64,000 bases of DNA from Litoribrevibacter euphylliae. GTDB taxonomy: Bacteria > Pseudomonadota > Gammaproteobacteria > Pseudomonadales > Litoribrevibacteraceae. Of this stretch, positions 48,101 through 57,439 are shown in pieces. The translations under genes were made by a program, and so were the position numbers. The notes under the pieces are model-generated. The model worked only from the letters and a program-made list of their open reading frames with translations, was not told where the DNA came from and made no database searches. The stretch's first letter is position 1; the number at the start of each line of letters is the position of its first letter. Location: the NCBI RefSeq assembly GCF_042646085.1, contig NZ_JBHRSZ010000004.1, positions 136,798 to 200,797 on the forward strand, given 5' to 3'.

Positions 48101-51100
48101 GCCCAGGTGTCGTCATTGTTCAAAGCTTGGGTGTTCGTCACGAAGGTACGAGCGTCGATGAGGTTCGGGTTGAAGGCCATGCGCTTTGAGCTCACCTGAG
48201 AGCCCTTCACCACACGAGATGTGGCGAGTTGGCGCCCAAGCTGGTCGAACACGCGTCCGCTCATCAGGCTGTCGTCCTCCAGCAGCTGGTGAGACTGGAT
48301 AGCATTGCCGTTGGCGTCGGCGTAGCTTACGCCCATGCGAATGCCCGAAGCTACAGTCAGGTTGCGCAGGGTTACAGGCCCATTGCCCGTGGAGATCGAG
48401 ATGGTCTGGTCGGTGGACTCACAGGCCTCGCTGAAGATGAGCTGGCCGTCGGCAAAGAAATACATGTGGCCATGATGGAGGACCGCCAGCCATTGTTGCG
48501 CGTAGTTCGATGGGCTGAGGAGGGGTATCCATCCGTTAGAAGATGAATAGTTTGAGTTCGTGCCATCCCATTGAATCTTAATTCCCCCGAGGACAAGCCC
48601 GAAGGTTTGTTTGTTGGATAGGTCTGGCTCTACATACAGCGCGGTGCTGTCGCCAGCGGGAGGGTGGCGATACATCAGGGAGCCACTGTCCTTACTGTTG
48701 ACGATGGAACCGTCGTCGCGCCCCCAGAAACCGGAAGACACGTGCCAGCGGTTCTGCCATCCGGCTTGGTCGCGGAAGGTCTCAATGCTCCCACCACCAG
48801 CGGATTGAACGGTCACGGTGCAACTTGGATGCGTCAGATTGAGTTTTCCATTGCTTACCCTTGGTTGCACGACGCCTGCCACCGAAATGCTCTGGGGCTG
48901 CGAGTCCGGAGTCATGGTAAAACCGTTTGCACCCCAGGCTGTGAGGGTCGAGCGGGTGGCGCGGCCACTGGCATCCTGGGTTGTGAGCAACACATGGGTA
49001 GTGGGGTCATAGGTGGTAAGGGTCACCGCGCTTTTGAAGGGCGCGATCACGATCATATCAAGCCAGACAATGACATTGCTGTTGTTGCTGAACGTCACCT
49101 CAAGCGAACCGCCAGCCTCGGTGTCGATAGTAAGCAGTGTGTAGACCCAGTCCTCGCTGTCGTGCTCAATATCCTGAGTGGTGACCGTCGCAGAGCCGCT
49201 TGGCGGAGTATAGCTGAGTTCTAGCTGAGGTGCGCCAGTCTGAGGCGTGCCATTGTCACCCTGTTGGATGTGTGAGCGAATGCCAATCATCATCTTTCCA
49301 GCCACAGTCGACGTGGTGGGTGATGATATGGACGAAGACGGATCAAAACGACCGGATTGTACACCCGAATAGGCCACTTGGTTGTCGTAGACCTGTGTGG
49401 GTGTGGAGGTCCAACCGGACCGCTCTTTGTAACTCTGGAAGCCTATATAAGCGCACTGCTCTGGTTCGGCGTCGACGAAGGACGCCATCATAAGCTGTTC
49501 GCTGTCATCCCATAACTGCACGTAGTTTGTCCCCATCGGGTCCTGTGCGCTGTAGAACTGGCCTGTACTGGTGCGCCCAGTCAGACGCTGTGCACTACGC
49601 CAACCTGCAGGCGGTGTTTGGTTTGTGCGGTAGGAAGCGAAATCGAAGGCATTGGCGGTTCCGTACGCAAGCCATTTAGCGTCTGGGGCTGGTGTGATCA
49701 CATCGCCTTTGTCGACAGGCACCGCACTTTTGAAACCGATCCGCGTAGTCGCCTGGGTTTGCAGTACTGTAGTTCCAGCGCTGGTACTGCGAGTATCCAT
49801 AATCTGGGCAACGTCGGCGATGGCGCCGATGGCAATGGACGGCTGTTCACCGACCTGCTGCACATAGCGGTAGGTTCGGGTGTAGGTTTCAGCTGTGCCG
49901 TGTGCGGTTTGGTCGCGCTGCTGGGTGAGCTTTTGGCCGTTGAAGGGGAGCCCATTGGGGTTTTCGTAATCTGTGGTGGTGACGGTTGTGACATCGTTCG
50001 ATAGGATCGTGGTCTGGGTGGGGAATGCCACCGAGCCCCGTAGTTGTATGCTACCCGACGTTGGCGATGTGGCGACTTGTGTGTATACATCGTATGAAAG
50101 GGTCTTGGAATATACCGGCATCGGAGGGTTTTGCCCTGACGCCAACTGCTCGAACACCTGAGTTCGGATTAACATGCCGTCCAGTTGGCGGTAGTAGTCG
50201 GTTCCGGTTCGCTCGGCCATACCGTTGTAGTACATTTGCTCGAACCATCCGAGCCCGTTTGCAGTGGTTGTCTCCGAGCCGATGTACACGCTTGATGCGT
50301 AGTACTGAACCACAGAACCCGAGGCATCGCAGCCGACGGTGCTTGTATCCCGGTAGATTGTTGAGACGAAGGGCTCATTGATCCCGTCATCGGACGTGAT
50401 TTGGGTGACAGGGTAGTGGTGAATCGGCCCGGTCACGTTCCCGGCAGCGAACTTATGCAGCGTCACCGAGGTTGCGGAATCGAAGCTTGTGTCATTGCTG
50501 GAGAACGACACGAACATCTGGTTACCCGGGGCACCCATGCCGTAGCTGGGATTGTCGATCAGACGCTCATCCGAGTATAAGGTGTCGTCGAGCACTTCGC
50601 CATTGAGTAGACGGAGAATGCGAAGCTGGCGCACTTCGCCGGTGCCGGTGCCATAGGTGATAAAGTCGGGGCCCTGGTTGATCAGGGAACTCGAAATAAA
50701 GTTTGTATCCGGATTCGCATCCCAAATATTGTAGGCCGCCGGTTGCTCGAGTACATCGCCCCAGTTGTTTGCGGCTCTGCGGAAGTACACGAGTGGACCA
50801 ATGACGAGCCAATCCGAACCATTCACGGATACTTGAGCATCGACGGTCTGATTGAGTGCGTTTACATCGTTGCTGTTGCTGTCGGGTTGCTCCCACAGGG
50901 ACCAATTCTCAGACACGCCGATGGATGCATCGTAGGACAGCACACTGACGCTGTAGACTGTCCCCTGTTGGGTTGCTGCAAGCCGCACAGCAAAGTCCGC
51001 GCCGTAGGCGTAGCTCTGGGTGATTGGACTGTCGTTGTCTGGCACGAGATCATCCCTCTGTTCCCAGCCTGAGGCGCTTGTCCGGTACACGTGGCCACAA

Positions 51101-53508
51101 ATCCCCACAAGAGTGTCTTCGACTACGACGGGGCTCCACGAAAGGAACTGTCCATTAAAGGTGCGGGTGGTTGCCGATTCGAACGGGTGGACCTGAATTG
51201 CGTACCCGGCGTCCCACTCAACAATGGTAGGCTGAAAGATCGTTTCAACATCGGTAGTAGAGTTGAGCAGGGAAATCGCGATGACGTGACTCCCGCCGGT
51301 CATAGCAAGTCTGGCCGCGTCGTCAACCTGGATGTCGATATTCACGGGGGCGTGAGACGTCCACTGAGACATTTCATCCACAGTGTGAATCGTGAGTTTG
51401 CCATCGGTGGTGAGCAAGCCCAGGTAGTTTTCACTCGTCACGGCCCAAGCGAAACCTGAAAGTTGGATCTGCGAGCGCACTAATTGTCCCCGGGCCCAAT
51501 CGTAGGTGAAGGTGTCGACGTATCCCGCAACGCTCCAATCTCCGCTGTAGGTCTGCAGCACGGAGAAGAAGCTAGTGCCACCGTAGAGTTCGGCCTGAGC
51601 CGGGTATTCCAGCGGCTTATCGACGGCAATGGTCTGTACATTGTTTGTATCGGGGTCGTAGATTGAGGCGAACTGCCACTGGCCGGGCTGGCTGGGGTCG
51701 CGCTGGAATGCATACACTCTGAACTGCCAATCACTGTTAAAGAAGGAGATCGCGACGAAGTCCTGAGCTGCGAAAACCGCGAGGGTGTCGATCCGCACGG
51801 TGCCATTGTCTAATAGCGCACTGGGTGGATTCGGATTCCAGGTGATCCAGCGCCCATCCCAAGTGTCGATTTGCAGGCTCATGCCCGTCGAGGACGGATT
51901 AGTGAACAGGGTTGCGCTGTAGTCAGGCCCGAAGTAGACCCGAGGCGAAGCGCCATCGAGTTGTGCCGGTTGGGGGGATTGGGGTGACGGGTCGAGCACA
52001 GCGGTCCGTTGCAGGACATCATAGCTCTCTCGTTCGTATTTATATGTCGTCAGAGCCCCTTGTGCCGCCTGTTGCGTGAGTAGCGCCCCGACCTGGTGAC
52101 TCTCGCTTGGGTTATGAGGATCTTGAGGGGTCTGATCATAAGTGAACTTAATCCGAGGAAGTACGGGGCCAGCATTACTATTTTGCTCGATATAATTCAG
52201 AAAGCGTTTGTAGGTATCTCGCTCCAGATCACCCGTATAGTTGGTGACGTTCTTAACATCATGGCTGAACTTGATCTCGAACATGTTCTGGGATGCATTG
52301 GTGTGCTTCACCTTGATGGCATACAGTGAGAAGGTCTCATAAGGTGTTTGGTAATTGCTCGGGCCTGTACGGGGGGTTGTATTGTCATCGGGGGGTGTCA
52401 CGCCATTATTGTGAGGGTCCACATACTCGCGTATATCATTGGACCAGACCTTCGGCTTGTAGTCGAAGGTGATGGTATGACCCGTGGCATCGACGATTTT
52501 GCCTATGTACATAGCGGTGGTGTACGGCAAGCCGCCTTCACCAAGTAACTGCTCGGATTCTTGCACAATGTGGGTGGTCGCGTCTGGCGTCCAAGTGTTG
52601 TAGGAACAGGTGATGGTGTTGCCGTAGCGGTCTTGAATTTGGCAACAGTACCATGCGGCCGCTACCTGAACTTGATTGGCTGCACCTTCATTCGCCACAG
52701 TGCAAAAGCCAAGGGGCTGACCGCTGGGAGAGCGCTTCCAAACCTCCCAACGGATGCTGTTGCCGACGGATTGCGCATAGCCGTTAGCATTGTCAGCAAT
52801 TTGGCCACCAAAGGACTTTCGCACGCCGTGCACGCTGACGATTACCCAGCGCTCGTACCCTGGGTAGTAGAGGATCTTCTCAAAGTTGTAATTGGTAGCT
52901 TGATAAATTTCGCCACCATCGTGCACATATAAAGTGTTCTCATCATCGGAAATTACAAGGGTGTATTCTTGTTGGAGCTTATCGTCGGCGAACCACCATT
53001 TGTTCGATGCGATGAGTTGAGTCTTCGTGGTCGAAGAGAGTGCCAGTCCGTTGGCCAGGAACTGGCTTTGAATAATATCGGGAACGGTCCCTCCATCGAC
53101 CAGCCCGCATGATTGGGCGTCAGATATGGTAAACAGCATCGGCATCCAACTCTGGCGGACAAGTTGATTGGCCGAACCGTTGTCGTAGAGGGTGTATTGA
53201 CGCGTGGAGGCGACGGGGGAGAGATCCGTACTGCGCTCGATGTAGGTGAGGGGGAGGCTCCAACCCAGGCCGATGACACTCGTGGGTGCCTGAGCGTTAT
53301 TCTGGAGCGCCTTGAGCGCGACATTGCTCTGGTATTGGATCGCGACGGAGACGCTCATGGCGTCGGATGGCCCGGGCAGTGAGACCAGACTTTGGGTCAA
53401 GTTGACGTCGCCTCGGAACAGGTTGACAGATTTAGCAATGCTCGCGGCTCCAGATGTTCCCATCTGTCCGTTGCGAATCGGGGGGGACTGGGTTGTAGAC
53501 GTGGTCAT
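45160..53508 (-). CDS. Giant 2782-aa SpvB-N-terminal + RHS/YD-repeat + Rhs-core protein (TcB-TcC-like BC-fusion toxin) with a Gly/Ala-rich hydrophobic C-terminal domain
   Basis: N-terminus LVSLPGP...AIQYQS...VIGLGWSLP resembles SpvB/TcB. Multiple YD repeats are present (YTYTSNGLPDT, FTYTPDGAIST, YAYDPKNPNL, YTLDANGNITQ, FVYDARGQLTQ, FTYDESISRP). The Rhs core RYQGHEWDSEIGLYNFAARLYDPETRRFTTPDP...VDPTGE is followed by a roughly 355-aa C-terminal domain. RBS GGAGGAAAAAAC. The gene is GC-rich relative to its flanks. Confidence 0.8.
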   Translation of the reverse strand: MTTSTTQSPPIRNGQMGTSGAASIAKSVNLFRGDVNLTQSLVSLPGPSDAMSVSVAIQYQSNVALKALQNNAQAPTSVIGLGWSLPLTYIERSTDLSPVASTRQYTLYDNGSANQLVRQSWMPMLFTISDAQSCGLVDGGTVPDIIQSQFLANGLALSSTTKTQLIASNKWWFADDKLQQEYTLVISDDENTLYVHDGGEIYQATNYNFEKILYYPGYERWVIVSVHGVRKSFGGQIADNANGYAQSVGNSIRWEVWKRSPSGQPLGFCTVANEGAANQVQVAAAWYCCQIQDRYGNTITCSYNTWTPDATTHIVQESEQLLGEGGLPYTTAMYIGKIVDATGHTITFDYKPKVWSNDIREYVDPHNNGVTPPDDNTTPRTGPSNYQTPYETFSLYAIKVKHTNASQNMFEIKFSHDVKNVTNYTGDLERDTYKRFLNYIEQNSNAGPVLPRIKFTYDQTPQDPHNPSESHQVGALLTQQAAQGALTTYKYERESYDVLQRTAVLDPSPQSPQPAQLDGASPRVYFGPDYSATLFTNPSSTGMSLQIDTWDGRWITWNPNPPSALLDNGTVRIDTLAVFAAQDFVAISFFNSDWQFRVYAFQRDPSQPGQWQFASIYDPDTNNVQTIAVDKPLEYPAQAELYGGTSFFSVLQTYSGDWSVAGYVDTFTYDWARGQLVRSQIQLSGFAWAVTSENYLGLLTTDGKLTIHTVDEMSQWTSHAPVNIDIQVDDAARLAMTGGSHVIAISLLNSTTDVETIFQPTIVEWDAGYAIQVHPFESATTRTFNGQFLSWSPVVVEDTLVGICGHVYRTSASGWEQRDDLVPDNDSPITQSYAYGADFAVRLAATQQGTVYSVSVLSYDASIGVSENWSLWEQPDSNSNDVNALNQTVDAQVSVNGSDWLVIGPLVYFRRAANNWGDVLEQPAAYNIWDANPDTNFISSSLINQGPDFITYGTGTGEVRQLRILRLLNGEVLDDTLYSDERLIDNPSYGMGAPGNQMFVSFSSNDTSFDSATSVTLHKFAAGNVTGPIHHYPVTQITSDDGINEPFVSTIYRDTSTVGCDASGSVVQYYASSVYIGSETTTANGLGWFEQMYYNGMAERTGTDYYRQLDGMLIRTQVFEQLASGQNPPMPVYSKTLSYDVYTQVATSPTSGSIQLRGSVAFPTQTTILSNDVTTVTTTDYENPNGLPFNGQKLTQQRDQTAHGTAETYTRTYRYVQQVGEQPSIAIGAIADVAQIMDTRSTSAGTTVLQTQATTRIGFKSAVPVDKGDVITPAPDAKWLAYGTANAFDFASYRTNQTPPAGWRSAQRLTGRTSTGQFYSAQDPMGTNYVQLWDDSEQLMMASFVDAEPEQCAYIGFQSYKERSGWTSTPTQVYDNQVAYSGVQSGRFDPSSSISSPTTSTVAGKMMIGIRSHIQQGDNGTPQTGAPQLELSYTPPSGSATVTTQDIEHDSEDWVYTLLTIDTEAGGSLEVTFSNNSNVIVWLDMIVIAPFKSAVTLTTYDPTTHVLLTTQDASGRATRSTLTAWGANGFTMTPDSQPQSISVAGVVQPRVSNGKLNLTHPSCTVTVQSAGGGSIETFRDQAGWQNRWHVSSGFWGRDDGSIVNSKDSGSLMYRHPPAGDSTALYVEPDLSNKQTFGLVLGGIKIQWDGTNSNYSSSNGWIPLLSPSNYAQQWLAVLHHGHMYFFADGQLIFSEACESTDQTISISTGNGPVTLRNLTVASGIRMGVSYADANGNAIQSHQLLEDDSLMSGRVFDQLGRQLATSRVVKGSQVSSKRMAFNPNLIDARTFVTNTQALNNDDTWAMSGDVATNYPTDNDYPYYGIRFERSVRSKRKEVGCPGNEHGINLDGSSSTLIDLGATSANEGVTEGDRSISVYRAQGTDVQVHGEAARDHLNRLVGAKWEDATGDTLIEYGMTRSYADTNGPETSAKLKLPQFFAASEEAMQQSRAFDGSGNVIEMSDPDSGTTQLVYDAMNRLRFTIPSVSGNEQAFVLYTKFDRLGRELERGRLDGSYTRETLQNHADDLTWPSSGQQITVVSTFDGDGSDSKAVGLLTTATTTTIAEDGSSCVVKETYTYTSNGLPDTVVQTVSGIAEHNAQISYGYNSLGEVTTVTLPGGAGVSKLFYSYDGLGRTSTIGKTNGGSEFASFTYTPDGAISTAQGSDFWTTQYAYDPKNPNLPATITGTHKKLAGNTVITSTYNIDSSMHSREVSSPIAGVPQISETFGYDDLRRLKTVTSSGGDNSTYTLDANGNITQVNDASGTTAMPRATGSNQIGVLTPPSGTGNPFVYDARGQLTQDNSRKFTYDESISRPITIQTLDQQTSVQFGYGSQRQRAVKVSSTGSPQPQTSTQIYLSGGLPQSWIIYRNGDWYVDINGPTGRLMTLVNGTPVVSLTDLTGSVWATFDANGLQDSASYGPYGESNSDSSMMYRYQGHEWDSEIGLYNFAARLYDPETRRFTTPDPMRQLATPYAFASSNPLMLVDPTGEMSIWAEVLVGAALTATFVAGAVLTGGAADTGLAALLGADAAETGAEAGTAGAAAELGSDAGVDSSVDISAEGGDSSGAIGGEESGGEIQAGVSASQSAWATLPSANTVAQTITGVSGAALMGGSLNTQQYLLFHPASATWAGVGIHFGTGAASGVIGYGLAAAAAAGTAYAIVATVGEDAVSSAVSTGIKIATDVTISTGVNMTQKVVTNKILGNPLCDGLGKAALAGAVQGGIGEIAGESATTKSESKVCGGKVAMVIFASENVNAITDSLALGAKTQASATPSCVGPSAAWQQS

Positions 53509-53534
53509 GCGTTTTTTCCTCCAAGCAGCGAAGT

Positions 53535-53552
53535 ACTCCGCCTGCGCGGAGT
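53535..53552 (-). other. Intercistronic stem-loop (ACTCCGC-loop-GCGGAGT) between the partner gene and the giant gene
   Basis: 7-bp perfect stem with a 4-nt loop and no U-tract, inside the 68-nt spacer. Confidence 0.4.
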
Positions 53553-53576
53553 GCGATTAACATCAGAAAGTCTGTA

Positions 53577-54587
53577 TTAGTCCGTCGGTTCTTGTGGCTG
53601 ATTCGTTTCCACTGGCTGGTTCACGCCTACCGCGATCAGGCTGACATACGAGACGTCATCGTTCTGATTGTTATCGTTACCATTGATGACAGCGGATGCG
53701 CCCTGATCGATGCTGAGGACGGAGTCCTGGAAGGAGAAGTAAGGCTTGTAACCGTCGTTGCTGTCGGCGTTGACGCCGCCACCAATCTTATAAAGTGTGT
53801 GCTGGTTCGATTTGAAGTCCGCGTGGAGGGCTGTAATGAGAGGGACGGCGTATGTGATGCCCTCGCCGAACGCGACCTTAATTTGATCGCTCGTCTGAAG
53901 TTTCGTTTGGCCGCTGCTCGTTTCTACTTGCTTGATTTCGAGAAAGGCCTCGTCCTTCGCCGTCACCCCGAGGAAGTTCGCGAATGCCTGGCTCGTGCCC
54001 GAATGCTCAGAGCTGTTCTTGAATTGACTTTGACCGGTGATAGTGAGCTCGTTGTTATCGACCTTTCCCAGAGTGTATATGTCCAGTGCCTGAATTTGCT
54101 CGTGATCGCCGTATGACGTATTGCACCCGCTCCAGAACGCGGAGTACTCGTCAACATCGAGTGTGAACTGGCTTTGGTATTGCGTGGGTGGGCTTGTGTT
54201 GCAATCGACTGTCTGTTGGGTAGGGCCAAAAGACACCTGTGCGCTGTCCACCTCGTCGACATTAGCGATACACACGAATTGGATGTACGAATTCCATGTG
54301 TCCAGATCACCGTTATCGCCGTCCATCGAAATCTCAGGTGTAATGGTTACCTGATTTTTATTGTCAGTAGTATTACCACTACTGGTGCTTATCGAGGGAC
54401 TCTTACCGATGGGATCGATCTTGAGCGATTTGATCTTGTCGCTCTTCTTGAAATAAAAGCGCCAGTCAACGATGCCAATCAAGTAGCTCTTCACGTTATC
54501 GCTATCGTTGAAGATGAAGCTCAAACTATTATCATTAATCATTTTTGAGACTTGGGTTTCTGGGGCCAGTAGAATTCGGTATGCCAT
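53577..54587 (-). CDS. 336-aa S/T/N-rich cytoplasmic-type hypothetical protein immediately upstream of the giant RHS gene
   Basis: ORF with no signal peptide. Composition is beta-rich with Ser/Thr/Asn/Gln enrichment. Co-oriented and 68 nt from the giant gene. Confidence 0.6.
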   Translation of the reverse strand: MAYRILLAPETQVSKMINDNSLSFIFNDSDNVKSYLIGIVDWRFYFKKSDKIKSLKIDPIGKSPSISTSSGNTTDNKNQVTITPEISMDGDNGDLDTWNSYIQFVCIANVDEVDSAQVSFGPTQQTVDCNTSPPTQYQSQFTLDVDEYSAFWSGCNTSYGDHEQIQALDIYTLGKVDNNELTITGQSQFKNSSEHSGTSQAFANFLGVTAKDEAFLEIKQVETSSGQTKLQTSDQIKVAFGEGITYAVPLITALHADFKSNQHTLYKIGGGVNADSNDGYKPYFSFQDSVLSIDQGASAVINGNDNNQNDDVSYVSLIAVGVNQPVETNQPQEPTD

Positions 54588-55163
54588 TTATCACTCTCCA
54601 TGTTAGCCGCACTTGGTTTTCAAAAGTGATACATAGAACAGGTCTCTATACAAGGTACACGGCTGATAATGGTAACTATTTATTAATTTAATGAAGAAAC
54701 CACTAAATTCATTATTAATGAGAGGCGAATGGCTTATTTCTACTTTTGAAAAATTAACGGCATTACTTTACTGATTCATAGTATTTCCATGAAAAGTGAA
54801 AGGTTTCAGAAATCGTTGAAGTTATTTCTTTTTTTGCTGAGGTTTGCTGCTGAGACTAACGGTCTGAATCTTCATGAATTTCAAGATACGGAGCTCCAAG
54901 TTTTTTTTTATCTGCAACTACAGCAGTCACTTTTTGTCCAAATGTTAATTGCACTGTTGGCTTTTAAATAGCCCCGGATAGATAGCCGTCCACCTGACTG
55001 CAGAGATAAGCCCATTCGTAGTCCTTTTCGATTTGCATGCGTAGATGTTTTCGATCTCGCAGTCTTTGCTCGCATTCGCTTTAATACAGTGTTTAATTAC
55101 AGTTTGATTCATGGCTGAATATCGTGGGTAATCAAGTTAATCTTTAATATCGGAGAGCAAGGT

Positions 55164-56018
55164 ATGGAAAGCCCGTTAGTTACTACGGAGTGGTTAGCCC
55201 GCCACACAGAACGGTCGGACTTGTTTTTAATTGATGTCAGTGTCGACAATGTTATTGGTAAAGAACCCATTGTTTATGATGAGCTAATCACCATTCCTGG
55301 TAGTTACAAAGTTAGTATTGATCATGAATTGTCGGATACGGAAACGGCTGGTATTCATGTATTTCCAAAGGTGAAACAGATTCAGCAAGTCGCTCAAAAG
55401 TTAGGCCTTACGCCAAAGAGTATGATCGTACTGTACGATGATCAGGGGATTTATTCTGCGCCCAGAGCATGGTGGATCTTTAAGTCGTATGGGTTTGATA
55501 AGGTATTTATTCTGGATGGCGGTTTGCCAAAATGGCGTGCGGAAGGCCGTGAAACTGCGAGTGATCACTTAACTTCTTCCTCTACGTCGTTGTTGGATAT
55601 CACGGAAGATCTGGATATTAATGTCTCTGCGGTTAAGACCGTTCCGGATTTGCTTGAGAATATTGAGTCCGGCATATCAACTGTGGTGGATGTTCGTGCT
55701 GAAGCCCGGTTTTATGGTAAAGCTCCCGAGCCAAGACCAGGCGTGCGAAGTGGTCATATCCCCAAGTCCTGTAATCTACCTTTTATGAATGTCCTATCGT
55801 CGGATGGTCTGACCTTTAAATCAGCGGGTGATTTAAACGCGTTGTTTGAATCCCAAAACTTCTCTTCGGATGCGTCTTTCATCTTTTCATGTGGATCTGG
55901 AATGACAGCTTGTATCATGCTAGTCGCGGCCATTGTTGCAGGGTATGAAAACGTGAGTTTGTACGATGGCTCATGGGCAGAGTGGGGTGCGGATGCGTCG
56001 TTGCCTATTGAGCTTTGA
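55164..56018 (+). CDS. sseA: 3-mercaptopyruvate/thiosulfate sulfurtransferase (tandem rhodanese)
   Basis: Two rhodanese domains; active-site loop CGSGMTAC. Confidence 0.85.
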   Translation: MESPLVTTEWLARHTERSDLFLIDVSVDNVIGKEPIVYDELITIPGSYKVSIDHELSDTETAGIHVFPKVKQIQQVAQKLGLTPKSMIVLYDDQGIYSAPRAWWIFKSYGFDKVFILDGGLPKWRAEGRETASDHLTSSSTSLLDITEDLDINVSAVKTVPDLLENIESGISTVVDVRAEARFYGKAPEPRPGVRSGHIPKSCNLPFMNVLSSDGLTFKSAGDLNALFESQNFSSDASFIFSCGSGMTACIMLVAAIVAGYENVSLYDGSWAEWGADASLPIEL

Positions 56019-56048
56019 ACATCTAGAGATAAACGATTAAGCAAAGGA

Positions 56049-57293
56049 TTGAACATGGATGTAACTATTTTAGGCGGTGGTGTTGCAGGCGTTAGCACGG
56101 CTATTGCGTTGAAACAAAATGGATTTAACGTGCGGGTGTTTGAACGACATGAGGCGGCTTCGACCATTGGTGCGGGTGTCGTAATCTGGCCCAATGCGGC
56201 CTATGTGCTCGAACAACTGGGTGTTTTAAATCAGATTGCGGAGGTATCCGGCAGACCAAAGGGGATGCGACGCGTTTCATCTACGGGTGAGCCTTTGGGG
56301 GCTATGAATCTTGAGCTGATTAACTCCCAAATGGGCTATGAAAGTTTCTCTATTCTTCGACGAGACCTACAAGAGGTTCTGATTAGTAAGCTGGAATCGC
56401 TGGGTGTTGAGATCGAATACGGGAAGTCCGTGATAGATATTCGCAGTTCGAACGTTGGTAACTCTGATGTAGGCAACGTTCAGGCTGGCAAAGCAACGGT
56501 ACTCCTGTCTGATCCAGCGGGCATGAAAGAAGAAGTTTCTGCCGATGTCATCATCGGTGCGGAGGGGCGAATGGCCTCACAAACTCGCACTTATGTGTTA
56601 GGCGATAATCAGCCTGTTTACCAAGGTTTTATTAATTGGATTGGGGTTTATGAATCCAATAGTTCTGAACTAGATGCTTCTCTGTTTGATTCTTCATTAC
56701 AGGAATCATCAATACTGGACTATTGGGGCATCGGTGAGCGATTCGGTATTGTGCCTGTTGGGCCAAACAAGGCCTATTGGGCGGGTGGAATAGCAAGCAA
56801 AGACATTGGTGATCGTAATCCAGAGCATTACAAAGACGAGTTAACTTCGATCTTTTCTGAATGGCCCGAACCCGTGAAAAGAGTGATTGAGGGATCGCCG
56901 ATCACTAGCATCAATAAAGTCTATGTTCATGACCATGACCCCGCTGAAAAGTGGCACAAAGATAACGTTATTATGATCGGGGATGCAGCTCACGCGCCAT
57001 TGCCGACATCCGGGCAAGGCGCCTGTCAGGCATTGGAAGATGCTATCTATTTAGCCCAATGTTTGAGTGACCATCAGCACGATCTATCAAGTGCTTTTGA
57101 GCAGTTCACAACCTCTCGATTCCAGAAAACCACAAGCATTATTATGGCTGCGCGAGGTCTGGCTTCGGCATTGTTCAACCCTGATCCTCATTTCTGCCAT
57201 GCAAGAAACGAAAGCAGTAAACAGACGGATTTCAATGCGGCAGCTCAAGGGATGGCTCAACTTTGGGGGCAGGGGTTACCTTTGGGTGTCTAG
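56049..57293 (+). CDS. FAD-dependent aromatic-ring monooxygenase (UbiH/salicylate-hydroxylase-like)
   Basis: ILGGGVAGVSTAIAL dinucleotide fold plus IGDAAHAPLPTSGQGACQALEDA. Confidence 0.8.
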   Translation: MNMDVTILGGGVAGVSTAIALKQNGFNVRVFERHEAASTIGAGVVIWPNAAYVLEQLGVLNQIAEVSGRPKGMRRVSSTGEPLGAMNLELINSQMGYESFSILRRDLQEVLISKLESLGVEIEYGKSVIDIRSSNVGNSDVGNVQAGKATVLLSDPAGMKEEVSADVIIGAEGRMASQTRTYVLGDNQPVYQGFINWIGVYESNSSELDASLFDSSLQESSILDYWGIGERFGIVPVGPNKAYWAGGIASKDIGDRNPEHYKDELTSIFSEWPEPVKRVIEGSPITSINKVYVHDHDPAEKWHKDNVIMIGDAAHAPLPTSGQGACQALEDAIYLAQCLSDHQHDLSSAFEQFTTSRFQKTTSIIMAARGLASALFNPDPHFCHARNESSKQTDFNAAAQGMAQLWGQGLPLGV

Positions 57294-57439
57294 CCAATTA
57301 ATAAGATAGTTAATAATCCCTTCTTGAAAGTATAGAGTGGTAAAGCTAGGATGTCGGCATGGTGCTTACAGGCATCACTTCATTCGTAAGCGAACCCAAG
57401 TTTACAGCGCTTCAAACTCCAGCTATCAAGAGAGTTTTT

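Noticed and set aside
45044-53382. Numerous plus- and minus-strand ORFs inside the giant RHS gene (for example 45044-45766 +, 48664-49224 +, 49698-50090 -, 53113-53382 +)
   Set aside because: They are artefacts of high GC opposite a 2782-aa continuous ORF. Their translations are Ala/Arg/Pro-rich nonsense without RBS.
53592-54548. Plus-strand ORFs 53592-54116 and 54174-54548
   Set aside because: They are antisense to the 336-aa partner gene, which has the better coding pattern and an operon context.
54789-54971. ORF 54789-54971 (+), 60 aa
   Set aside because: It lies in an AT-rich promoter region and contains the T9 tract. There is no RBS, and it reads as low-complexity Leu/Phe.
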